From Acidimicrobiaceae bacterium (lineage in GTDB: Bacteria > Actinomycetota > Acidimicrobiia > Acidimicrobiales > Aldehydirespiratoraceae): 64,000 bases of DNA. Position numbers and translations under genes: made by a program. The stretch is taken from positions 52,258-116,257 of the forward strand of contig JAPOUM010000001.1 in NCBI GenBank assembly GCA_026708645.1, written 5' to 3'. Shown one piece after another: positions 21,326 to 33,344 of this stretch (position 1 is its first letter; every line of letters starts with the position of its first letter). The notes beneath the pieces were generated by a model, which saw only the letters and a program-made list of their open reading frames with translations, searched no databases and had not been told where the DNA came from.

Positions 21326-24300
21326 TTGCTGGCGTCCGTGGAGGGCTTCGCCACGGCGGTGCGCGCTCGCGGGCGTGTCGGCGGATTCAACGAAGAGACG
21401 TTGACAGCCCCCGTTCGCGAATTGATCGAGGAGATCGCCGCATCCATGGGCATCAAAGGACTGCTGGTCGTCGACAAGGCGCCCGTGGTCGTCGGCGATG
21501 TCTCGCTGGGCGTCCCGGACATTTCCGCGTATCACCGTGGACTGCTACGTCTCGTGATCGAGCTGAAGTCTCCAGGCAGGGGCGCCGACCCGACGCGCTT
21601 CACGGGGCGCGAGCACAGTCAATGGCAGCGCTACAGCCAGCTGCCCAACGTCGTCTACACCGACGGCAACACGTGGACGCTTTGGAGGGCCGGCGACATC
21701 TGGGGTCCGGCACTTGAAATCTGCTCTGACCTCAACGACTTGAATGCTGCGGTGACGCCCGACCCGCAGGAGGTGCTGCGGTTCTTCGGCGACGTTCTCA
21801 GCTGGACGCCGCCGCGGGTCGTGTCCACTCATCAGCTCGCTGAACAAGTGGCCGGTCGCTGCCGCGCGCTCCGCAGCGACGTCAACGCCCTCCCCGAAGA
21901 AGTGCTGCGGGGACTGACGAGCGACTGGCGCGAGATGCTCTTCCCCGAGCTCGAGGACAAGCAGTTCGTTGACGCCTACACGCAGACGGTCGCGTTCGCA
22001 CTGCTGTCAGCCAGCGGACTCGGCATCGACTTGAGCATGAACCTCGACCCGGTGAAATATGACCGGCTCGGGCTGCTGCTGCACCATGCGGCTGAGAGCC
22101 TCGGCGCCGAGCGGGGCGTGCTCGGAAGGGCTCTGATGATGCTGACCGCTGATTCGCGGGTCCGTTCCGCCGCAGCGGCGTCGTTGGACGCGATGATCGC
22201 TCTCGCCGCGGCCGTGGACTGGGACAAAATGCGAGGCTCGGGCCACAGCGACGATTGGATGGACTTCTACGAGACGTTCCTCGACGCATACGACCCCGAG
22301 CTTCGCAAGCTCGCGGGCTCGTACTACACGCCCAAGCCAGTCGTCGAGTGGATGGCGGACTTCACCGATCGGATACTCGTGGAGCGGTTCGGCCTGGCAT
22401 CTGGCTACGGCAGCGACGACGTGACAGTCGTCGATCCGGCGCTCGGCACCGGAACGTATCTCGTCAGCATACTCGACCGGATTGCCGGCTCTGTGACCGC
22501 CAGCGTGGGCAGCGGCCATGCGGGCGCAGCGATCAACGCGGCCGTTTCTGAGCGGGTCATAGGGTTCGAGATCCAAGCCTGCCCCTACGCAGTGGCGCAG
22601 CTTCGCCTCGTGGAGACTCTCAAAGCGCGCGATCCGAAACTCCGGGTCGAGGAGCCGGCGGTCTACCTGACTGACACTCTCGCCGACCCGGATGCCAGCG
22701 CCGGGCAGCAGATGCTTTTCATGCGGGCGATCACCGAGTCACGGAAGAAGGCTGATCGGATCAAGCGGAAAACCCCCGTGACGGTCGTGATCGGCAACCC
22801 GCCGTACCTTGCCGGCGCGGGTCAGAGCAGCTGGGTGGCCAGGGAGCTCCTCGGCGACTGGCAGCCCGACACGGAGTGGGGCGTCGGCACCCATGCGAAG
22901 AACCTGTCGAACCTCTATGTGTATTTCTGGCGTTGGGCGGCATGGAAAGTGTTCGAGAACTCTCAGCAAGGCCCGCAAGACCAGGCTGGAATCGTGTCTT
23001 TCATAACTCCGACAGGCTGGCTCGACGGCGACGGCTTCCAGCAGATGAGGCGATGGCTGCGCGAATGGTCGAGTCACATATGGATACTCGATCTCTCGCC
23101 GGAGGGGCACCAAGCGCCGGCCAAGACCCAAGTGTTCAAAGCGATGCGCCAACCGGTGGCGGTCGTGACCGCCGTTCGAGCGCCCGAGCATGACGGCGCC
23201 TGCGAGGTCCGTTACCACCGGGTGCCCGCAGGCGAGCGTTCGGCGAAGTTCGCTCACATAGCGGACCTCACAGAACTGGAAGATACTCGTTGGCGGCTGC
23301 TTGCGCCGGACCCTCTCGGCGATCGCGGCTCTTTCACGCCCGCTGCCTCGTCGGCATGGCTGCAGATGCCCGCCGTCGACGATCTGCTGCCCTGGAACGC
23401 GAGCGGCATGATGGTCGGGCGCACATGGCCCGTCGCGCCGGACCGCGACACTCTTCAGGACAGGTATGCAGCCCTGCTCTCCCAGCCGAATGATTCAGAG
23501 ATGACGAGGCACCTCGACGAGCACAAGCGGGACCGCACCATCGATACCGAGCTCGTCGACAACCTCACGTCGGACTGCACGAGACCCGGCCCGCTCAGGC
23601 AGCGGCAGCCGCGCAGCGCGCCCGTCGTCGAATACGGCTATCGCAGCTTCGACCGCCACTACGTCATCCGCGACAAGCGGCTCATCAACCGGCCTAACCC
23701 GTCGCTGTGGGCCGCTCACGGCGATCAGCAGATATATCTCGCGGCGCCCGCGCTGGGCACCGCCAGCAGTCGTCCGAAGATCGCCGGATCTGGCGGCCAG
23801 ATAATCTCCTTCAGCGCACAGATCCCGGACATGCATTATCTGGCCGGTTCCAGGGCGGGGCGCATCCATCCGGTTTGGCTCGACTCGCAGTCCGCGACCC
23901 CGAACTGCGAGCCGGGTTTGTTGAGGTTGCTTTCTGAAAAGGCCGGACGCGAAGTGTCGGCGCTGGATGTGCCGGCCTACATCGCAGCCGTCGCTGCTCA
24001 CCCCGGCTTCACCGCGGTCTACCGCGACGATCTGCTCGACGCCAAGTCGATGCGGGTGCCGCTCACGGCGGACCCAGAACTTTTTGATCATGCGGCAGGC
24101 CTCGGCCGCCGGATCCTGTATCTGAGCACATTCGGGCAGCGTTGCCGGCCGCCTGAGGCGCCACCAGGCTGCCCGAGGGCGCCGGGCGGCCCGACCCTGG
24201 AAACCCCGATGCCTGCTAAGCCGGAAAGCCTCCGGCACGATCAGGCTGCACGCACCCTGACCATCGCGGGCCGCGGCATCGACGGTTCGCCGGCGAGCGG

Positions 24301-24664
24301 CATCGTGGCCAACGTAGCCGTCGAGGTTTTCGATTACAGCGTCTCCACGATGAACGTGCTGCAATCCTGGTTCGACTACCGCAAACACGAACCGTCCGGC
24401 AAGAAGGGCTCCCCGCTCGACTACATGGTCCCGGAAACCTGGCGAACCCGCTACACCGATGACCTGATCGACCTGCTGCACGTCCTGACTCTGCTAGTGG
24501 ACGCACGCCCCGAGCAGCGACGACTTCTCGACGAAATCAAGGCAGGGCCTCTCATCGGCCTAGACACCCTGAAAGCAGCCGGGGCGCTGCCGGGCGTCAA
24601 AGGAACGCGGGCCAAGCCTGCTGAGTTCGAGCCGGGCCGGCAGTCGCCGACTTTGGACGTCTGA
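21326..24664 (+). CDS. Single-polypeptide restriction-modification enzyme (Type IIG/IIL, MmeI-like; PD-ExK nuclease + gamma-class N6-adenine methyltransferase + C-terminal specificity domain)
   Basis: N-terminal PD...ExK (GVPDISAY...LRLVIELKSPG). SAM motif I VVDPALGTGTYL. Motif IV VVIGNPPYL. C-terminal region with YGYRSFDRHYVIRDKRL resembles type ISP/IIG specificity domains. No Walker A/helicase motifs seen. Confidence 0.75.
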   Translation: MLASVEGFATAVRARGRVGGFNEETLTAPVRELIEEIAASMGIKGLLVVDKAPVVVGDVSLGVPDISAYHRGLLRLVIELKSPGRGADPTRFTGREHSQWQRYSQLPNVVYTDGNTWTLWRAGDIWGPALEICSDLNDLNAAVTPDPQEVLRFFGDVLSWTPPRVVSTHQLAEQVAGRCRALRSDVNALPEEVLRGLTSDWREMLFPELEDKQFVDAYTQTVAFALLSASGLGIDLSMNLDPVKYDRLGLLLHHAAESLGAERGVLGRALMMLTADSRVRSAAAASLDAMIALAAAVDWDKMRGSGHSDDWMDFYETFLDAYDPELRKLAGSYYTPKPVVEWMADFTDRILVERFGLASGYGSDDVTVVDPALGTGTYLVSILDRIAGSVTASVGSGHAGAAINAAVSERVIGFEIQACPYAVAQLRLVETLKARDPKLRVEEPAVYLTDTLADPDASAGQQMLFMRAITESRKKADRIKRKTPVTVVIGNPPYLAGAGQSSWVARELLGDWQPDTEWGVGTHAKNLSNLYVYFWRWAAWKVFENSQQGPQDQAGIVSFITPTGWLDGDGFQQMRRWLREWSSHIWILDLSPEGHQAPAKTQVFKAMRQPVAVVTAVRAPEHDGACEVRYHRVPAGERSAKFAHIADLTELEDTRWRLLAPDPLGDRGSFTPAASSAWLQMPAVDDLLPWNASGMMVGRTWPVAPDRDTLQDRYAALLSQPNDSEMTRHLDEHKRDRTIDTELVDNLTSDCTRPGPLRQRQPRSAPVVEYGYRSFDRHYVIRDKRLINRPNPSLWAAHGDQQIYLAAPALGTASSRPKIAGSGGQIISFSAQIPDMHYLAGSRAGRIHPVWLDSQSATPNCEPGLLRLLSEKAGREVSALDVPAYIAAVAAHPGFTAVYRDDLLDAKSMRVPLTADPELFDHAAGLGRRILYLSTFGQRCRPPEAPPGCPRAPGGPTLETPMPAKPESLRHDQAARTLTIAGRGIDGSPASGIVANVAVEVFDYSVSTMNVLQSWFDYRKHEPSGKKGSPLDYMVPETWRTRYTDDLIDLLHVLTLLVDARPEQRRLLDEIKAGPLIGLDTLKAAGALPGVKGTRAKPAEFEPGRQSPTLDV

Positions 24665-24670
24665 CTGCGT

Positions 24671-24696
24671 TCGAGGCGGCCAAGAGCCGCCTTCGA
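24671..24696. terminator. Bidirectional hairpin between the convergent R-M fusion gene and katG
   Basis: tcgaggcggc-caaga-gccgcct(t)cga, an imperfect 10-bp stem. Confidence 0.5.
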
Positions 24697-24699
24697 GGG

Positions 24700-28183
<3,484 letters not shown>

Positions 28184-28226
28184 ACACCGGCGCCGGCCGC
28201 CGTTGCGCTCGTCGAGCGCCCGCTCG

Positions 28227-28355
28227 TCCAAGCAGTCCAAGCAGTCCACGCAACCTGAGCAACCCAGCCGTCTGAGCGACCCACGCAACCCAGCCGTCTG
28301 AGCAGTCCGACTATCCAACCATCTGAGCATCCCATCCAACCATCTGAGCATCTGA
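28227..28355. repeat. Degenerate short tandem repeat tract (caagcagtc / caacccagccgtctgagc x2 / atccaaccatctgagcatc x2)
   Basis: Seen directly in the intergenic region. The last unit (period 20) is duplicated exactly at 28313-28331 and 28333-28351. Confidence 0.8.
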
Positions 28356-28373
28356 GTTTCTAAGGATCGACCG

Positions 28374-29492
28374 GTGCAGAGTCCCGTCCGCCTCGTTTAT
28401 CTGCTGCGTCCCAGCGTCAAGGTCGGCATCCTGCTGGCGGTCGGTTTCAGCGTTCTCGCCTTCGTGTCGACCCCGTTCCTGCTCGTCGACGTCTCAGAGC
28501 ATTACGGCATAAGCCTGGGCTCGGCGGCTCTGATCGGAGTGTTCCAACTCGGCGGCTTCGTGATCGCCTCATGGGGCGCCGGGCGCCGGCTGCAGCCGCG
28601 CGATCGGGTTTTCGTGGTTGCGCTGGCCGGATCGGCGGCAGCCAATCTGGCTTCGGCGGCTCTGCCCGCGTTCTCGCTATTGGTTGTTTTGCGGCTGGTC
28701 AGCGGCATGTCGTTGGGGGTGCTGGCCTGGTACGGCTGGGTGCAGGCGTTCGGTGATCACCGCCGCATGGGCGACGTCGCCGTGTCGGGTCCGGTGGTGG
28801 GGGTCGTGGCCGCGCCGCTGGTGTCGCTGCTGGTCAACGCCGGCGGGGCCAGGCTGGTGTTCTTGGTGCTGGCCGGAGTGTCGCTGCTGCCGCTGCTGTT
28901 CGGATACCGCAGCGAAGTCGCCGAGCTGCCTCGAGAGAGGGTGCGCCGCCGTGCGGTGGCCACCGCTCGGGTGATCCTGGTCTGTCTGGGCCTCTTCACT
29001 CTCGGAGGGTCGGCGGTCTTCATCTACGCTGTGGTGCTGGGAACCGGCGATCCCGGGCTGTCGGTGACGGTGATCGCGGCAGGCTTCAGCCTCAACGCCG
29101 TGGTGGCGATCCCGGCGTCTCGGATGAGCATCGCCCGCGGGACTCCCAGCATCCCGATGGCGGCCACCGCGGTCTGCGCGATCCTGGTGGCGACCGCCGG
29201 TCACGGCTGGTTGTTCATGGCGGCTCTGGTGGCTTGGGGATTCTTCTTCTGGGCTGCGATACCGGGAGTGTTCGAGGTGCTCGCCAGCCGCTCGCGCTAT
29301 CCCGAGGAGCGGGTCGGCGACGCTCAGGCGCTGATGGCGGCAGGACGCGCCGGCGGACCGCTTCTCGGGGGCCTGCTCATCGACGGCGCCGGAGCGACGG
29401 TGCTCGGCGTCGTCGGCAGCGGGCTGATGCTCGTCGCCGCCATCGGCGTGTTCGCCACCCGGACCATGGTGAAGCCCCTGCAGAACCGCTAG
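28374..29492 (+). CDS. MFS-type membrane transporter
   Basis: About 12 hydrophobic helices, Ala/Gly/Leu/Val-rich, with a short loop after the second predicted helix (SWGAGRRLQPRDRV). Confidence 0.65.
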   Translation: MQSPVRLVYLLRPSVKVGILLAVGFSVLAFVSTPFLLVDVSEHYGISLGSAALIGVFQLGGFVIASWGAGRRLQPRDRVFVVALAGSAAANLASAALPAFSLLVVLRLVSGMSLGVLAWYGWVQAFGDHRRMGDVAVSGPVVGVVAAPLVSLLVNAGGARLVFLVLAGVSLLPLLFGYRSEVAELPRERVRRRAVATARVILVCLGLFTLGGSAVFIYAVVLGTGDPGLSVTVIAAGFSLNAVVAIPASRMSIARGTPSIPMAATAVCAILVATAGHGWLFMAALVAWGFFFWAAIPGVFEVLASRSRYPEERVGDAQALMAAGRAGGPLLGGLLIDGAGATVLGVVGSGLMLVAAIGVFATRTMVKPLQNR

Positions 29493-29510
29493 AGCGGAGT
29501 CCCCGGAGGT

Positions 29511-30551
29511 TCAGTCGCTCAAGCGGATCCTGCCCGGGTCGGAGCTCTCGAAGGCTTCGCCGATCACGGCGGCCTCGTGACCGTCGAGGCGCAGTTCGGT
29601 CACCGCAGCCAGGGCCGCGTCGCGGCTGACCATGCCCAGCAGCAGACCCCCCGACGTCTGGGCGTCGGCCAGCAGCGTCACTTCGGCGTCGCTGACGCCG
29701 CCCCGGTCGAGATGCGGCGACACCCAGTCGAGATTGCGCTGAGAGCCGCCGGGGACCATCCCCGAGGCGGCTAGTTCGCGGGCGCCCGCGATGACAGGAA
29801 CCTGCCCGACCGCGATCTCCAGATCCACGCCGGATTCCTGCGCCAGGCGCCGTCCGTGGCCCAGCAGGCCGAAGCCGGTCACGTCGGTGGCGGCGGTGGC
29901 GCCGTGTCGCAGCCCCGCGGCGGCGGCTCTCTCGTTGGGTCGGATCATCTCGCGCGCGGCCAGTGCCAACACTTCATCGGGGGCCTCGCCGTGTTTGACG
30001 GCCGTCGAGATCACCCCCGAACCCAGCGGTTTCGTCAGCACCAGCGCGTTGCCGGGTCGCAGCCCGGCGTTGGTGAGCATGCGCTTGGGGTCGACCTCGC
30101 CCACGACCGCCATCCCGTACTTCGGTTCGGGGTCGTCCACGGTGTGGCCCCCGCCCACCACGAAGCCGCAGGCCCGGGCCGCGTCCTCCCCGCCGGCGAG
30201 CACTTCGCTGAGCAGGTCGCTGGACAGCTCCTGGGAGTTCCAAGCCACGAGATTCAAAGCCAGCAGCGGTTTCCCGCCCATGGCGTAGACGTCCGACACG
30301 GCGTTGGTCGCGGCTATCTGCCCCCAGAGGCGAGCGTCGTCGACCACGGGCGTGATGAAGTCGGCGGTCACCACCAGGGCGCGTCGCGGCGCGATCTGCC
30401 AGACCGCGGCGTCGTCGGAAGTGTCGAGGCCGACTAGCAGCTCCGGCGGGGGATCAGGGGTCAGGCCGCGCACGACGTGCGCGAGATCGCCCGCGGCGAT
30501 CTTGCAGCCTCAACCGGCGCCGTGGCTGAACTCGGTGAGCCTTCTGCCCAT
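29511..30551 (-). CDS. selD: Selenide, water dikinase (selenophosphate synthetase) with in-frame TGA (probable selenocysteine at the E. coli Cys17-equivalent position)
   Basis: The track ORF 29511..30473 lacks the N-terminus. Extending upstream in frame gives MGRRLTEFSHGAG-[TGA 30510..30512]-GCKIAAGDLAHVVRGLTPD.... This matches the SelD glycine-rich loop SHGAG(C/U)GCKI. The remainder is colinear with recalled E. coli SelD (DDAAV, IAATNAVSDVYAMGGKP, GGHTVDDPEPKYG, TDVTGFGLLGH, DAQTSGGLL). Confidence 0.85.
30484..30502 (-). promoter_or_regulatory. Candidate bacterial SECIS hairpin for selD
   Basis: mRNA sense AGAUCGCC-GCG-GGCGAUCU (8-bp perfect stem, or 7 bp with loop CGCGG), starting 7 nt after the UGA. 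Confidence 0.6.
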
Positions 30552-30618
30552 AGCTCTCACCCCCTCTCGACTGCTCGTGGTTGCTCGTGGTGCTTCCGGG
30601 GCCGGCGGTGCTGCGTCC

Positions 30619-31032
30619 TCACGCAGCCGGATGCGCCCCGAGCTCGGCCGACAGCAGCCCCGCGACCATGTCCAGATCGTCGGGGTCGGGGTCTGCGTCG
30701 GCGTTGTCGAAGTCGAAATGCTCCATCGTCGAGATCGGCAGAACATGCAGATGGACATGGGGCACCTCGAAACCGGCGATCATCAGACCCACCCGGTGCG
30801 GCGCCAGCCCGCAGGCTTGCAGAGCCGCCGCCACACGATGTGACACAGTCATCAGATGATTGGCGGTCTCGTTGTCGAGGTCCACCCAATGATCGACTTC
30901 CCGGCGGGGCACCACCAGCACATGGCCGCGGTTGAGTGGGCGGATGTTGACGATGACGACGCAACAGTCGTCCTGCCAGACGAAACGGCCGGGCAGCTCA
31001 CCGTCGATGATCCGAGTGAAGACTGAACTCAT
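30619..31032 (-). CDS. HIT (histidine triad) family protein
   Basis: Motifs FTRIIDGELPGRFV, NRGHVLVVP and histidine triad HVHLHVLP. Only the 3' 414 nt of track ORF 30619..31758 is credible. Confidence 0.88.
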   Translation of the reverse strand: MSSVFTRIIDGELPGRFVWQDDCCVVIVNIRPLNRGHVLVVPRREVDHWVDLDNETANHLMTVSHRVAAALQACGLAPHRVGLMIAGFEVPHVHLHVLPISTMEHFDFDNADADPDPDDLDMVAGLLSAELGAHPAA

Positions 31033-31056
31033 TCGCCAATCGTAGGCTTCACTGCC

Positions 31057-31692
31057 ATGGCCGCGCCGCGCACCGGAGAGGACCGCGTCCTCACCGTCCC
31101 GAATCTGATCTCCGCGGCGCGCCTGCTCTGCGTTCCTTTGTTCCTGTGGATGCTGTTCGGCTGGGAGGACCGCTGGGCGGCGGCGCTGCTGTGGGGAGCG
31201 CTCGGCGCCACCGACTGGGTGGACGGCTGGTGGGCGCGCCGCTTCGACTCGGTCTCTCGTGTCGGCAAGCTGCTCGACCCGATCACGGACCGGGCCGTGC
31301 TGTTCGTCTGCGTGATCGCGGCGGGAGTCGACGGCTCGGTGCCGTGGTGGCTGGTGCTGCCCGCTCTGATACGCGAAGGCCTGGTCGCCGTCGTAGGACT
31401 GGTGCTGCTGTCGCTGGGCGCCCGACCCATCGAGGTGACCTGGTGGGGCAAGTGCGCCACCTTCGGGCTCTACATCTGCTTCCCGCTGCTGCTGGCCGGG
31501 GCCTCGGATCTGGCTGTGGCTGACGGTTTCAGGATCGCAGGCTGGGTGTGCGCGGCGCCGTCGCTGTTCTACAGCTACCTCTCCGCGGCGCAGTACATCC
31601 CGCTGGGCCGCGAGTCGCTTCGCCGAGGACGAGCCGAGCGGCGCCAACAACGACTGCAACAACAACAACAACAACAACAACGGCCGCAGTGA
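31057..31692 (+). CDS. CDP-alcohol phosphatidyltransferase (PgsA/cardiolipin-synthase-like) with poly-Gln C-terminus
   Basis: Signature D-x2-DG-x2-AR-x8-G-x3-D-x3-D is present (TDWVDGWWARRFDSVSRVGKLLDPITD). Multiple TM helices. Confidence 0.85.
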   Translation: MAAPRTGEDRVLTVPNLISAARLLCVPLFLWMLFGWEDRWAAALLWGALGATDWVDGWWARRFDSVSRVGKLLDPITDRAVLFVCVIAAGVDGSVPWWLVLPALIREGLVAVVGLVLLSLGARPIEVTWWGKCATFGLYICFPLLLAGASDLAVADGFRIAGWVCAAPSLFYSYLSAAQYIPLGRESLRRGRAERRQQRLQQQQQQQQRPQ

Positions 31693-31712
31693 GTCGGCGG
31701 CAGGCAGCCTGA

Positions 31713-33344
31713 ATGACCGCAAGAAAACCGGACGCGCCTGCGGCGCCGGAGGACGCACCGCCGGCGCAGCACAAGCACAGCGAGGTGTTCCAAGCCTCGG
31801 AGCCGCGCGAGCAGCACCTTGAGCGTCTCAGGTCCGACGGCCACGACGTCTTGGTCGTGGGCGGCGGCGTCAACGGCGCCGTTTCGGCTTTGGCGCTGGC
31901 CTCGCACGGCTTGCGGGTGGCGCTGATCGACATGGGCGACTTCGCTTCGGGGGTGAGCCAGGAGTCCTCGAACCTGATCTGGGGCGGCTTCAAATACCTG
32001 CAGTCCTACGAGGTCGGTTTGGTGGCGGGGCTGTGCCGCTCGCGCAACCTTCTGGCCCGCTCCTACAGCAGCCGCATCAGCGAGGTCCGCTTTCTGGCTG
32101 CGCTGGGGCCGACTTCGCCGTACTCGCCCGCCTATGCAGCCATGGGGGCGAACGCCTACTGGGCTCTCGGGCGCTTCGCCACGCGCCGGCCCCGCCTGCT
32201 GTCCTCGGACTCTCTAGCGGAGGCCGAGCCCGCGATCGAGTCCGGCGACGTGAGAGGCGCGGTCGAGTACTCCGATTTTCTGCTGTGCGACAACGACGCC
32301 CGCTTCGTTCTGCAGCTGCTGCTCGACGCCGTCGACAAGGGCGCGACAGCGGTGTCGAGGATGCGTCTCGAAAACGCCGAGCGAGGCGCCGCCGGCTGGC
32401 GGGCTCGTCTCGTCGATGGCGTCAGCGGCGACCGTCACGACGTCTCGGCGCGACTGTTGGTCAACGCGGCCGGCCCTCGGGCCGTGCAGCTCGCCGCCGT
32501 CACCGGCGCCTCGTTGAGCCGGCAGCTGTGCTTCTCGAAAGGCGCGCACATCGTGGTGCCGCAGGTGACCGACTCCGGTCGTGTGCTTGCCTTCTTCGAC
32601 GACGACCGGCGGCTCTTCTACGTGATACCCATGGGTCACAGGTCTGTGATCGGCACCACCGACACACGCGTCAGTGACGCGGCGCCGTCGGCAACCGACG
32701 AGGATCTCGAATTCCTGCTAGAGCAGGCCGGCGCCCGTCTGCGGTTGTCGCGACCATTGGACCGCGGCGACGTGATCGCCCACCGCTGCGGTGTTCGCGC
32801 CCTGGTGGTGGACGAGAACACCGACACGGACCGCGACTGGACCGAACTGTCGCGCCGACACAGCGTGGAGGTGGACCAGGCACGCGGCGCGGTGTCGATA
32901 CTCGGCGGCAAGCTCAGCGACTGCCTCAACGTGGGCGACGAGGTGGTCGCTGCGTCTCAGCGCTGCGGTCTCAGGCCGCGGCCCCCGAAAGGGCTCTGGT
33001 TCGGGGAGCCTCATCGCAGCGTCAAGGAGAGGTTCCAGCGCAGCGCCGCCCGGGCCGGCATCGGGCAGGCCGCGACGGCTTCACTGTGGCGGCGTCACGG
33101 AAGCCGCGCCCAGCAGGTGGCCGACCTCGTGGCCGAGTCCCCGCGGCTCGGGGAGGCTCTCAGCGCCCGTGTCGACTATTGCGCGGCCGAGTTGATGGTC
33201 ATGGCCCGCCACGAGCACATTCTGACTATGGACGACTTCCTGCGGCGCCGTACCATGCTGGCCATGCTCGAGCCCGCCGAAGCGCTGAGCGACGACCCCG
33301 GCGTGCAGCAGGCCGCCGAACTGCTCTTCGGGGCGGCGGCATGA
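31713..33344 (+). CDS. glpD: FAD-dependent glycerol-3-phosphate dehydrogenase
   Basis: Motifs DVLVVGGGVNGAVSALALASHG and SNLIWGGFKYL. Translationally coupled to glpK. Confidence 0.88.
   Translation: MTARKPDAPAAPEDAPPAQHKHSEVFQASEPREQHLERLRSDGHDVLVVGGGVNGAVSALALASHGLRVALIDMGDFASGVSQESSNLIWGGFKYLQSYEVGLVAGLCRSRNLLARSYSSRISEVRFLAALGPTSPYSPAYAAMGANAYWALGRFATRRPRLLSSDSLAEAEPAIESGDVRGAVEYSDFLLCDNDARFVLQLLLDAVDKGATAVSRMRLENAERGAAGWRARLVDGVSGDRHDVSARLLVNAAGPRAVQLAAVTGASLSRQLCFSKGAHIVVPQVTDSGRVLAFFDDDRRLFYVIPMGHRSVIGTTDTRVSDAAPSATDEDLEFLLEQAGARLRLSRPLDRGDVIAHRCGVRALVVDENTDTDRDWTELSRRHSVEVDQARGAVSILGGKLSDCLNVGDEVVAASQRCGLRPRPPKGLWFGEPHRSVKERFQRSAARAGIGQAATASLWRRHGSRAQQVADLVAESPRLGEALSARVDYCAAELMVMARHEHILTMDDFLRRRTMLAMLEPAEALSDDPGVQQAAELLFGAAA

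Noticed and set aside
31033-31758. Upstream extension of ORF 30619..31758 (minus strand).
   Set aside because: Only the last 137 codons form the HIT protein. The extension runs antisense to the CDP-alcohol phosphatidyltransferase gene.
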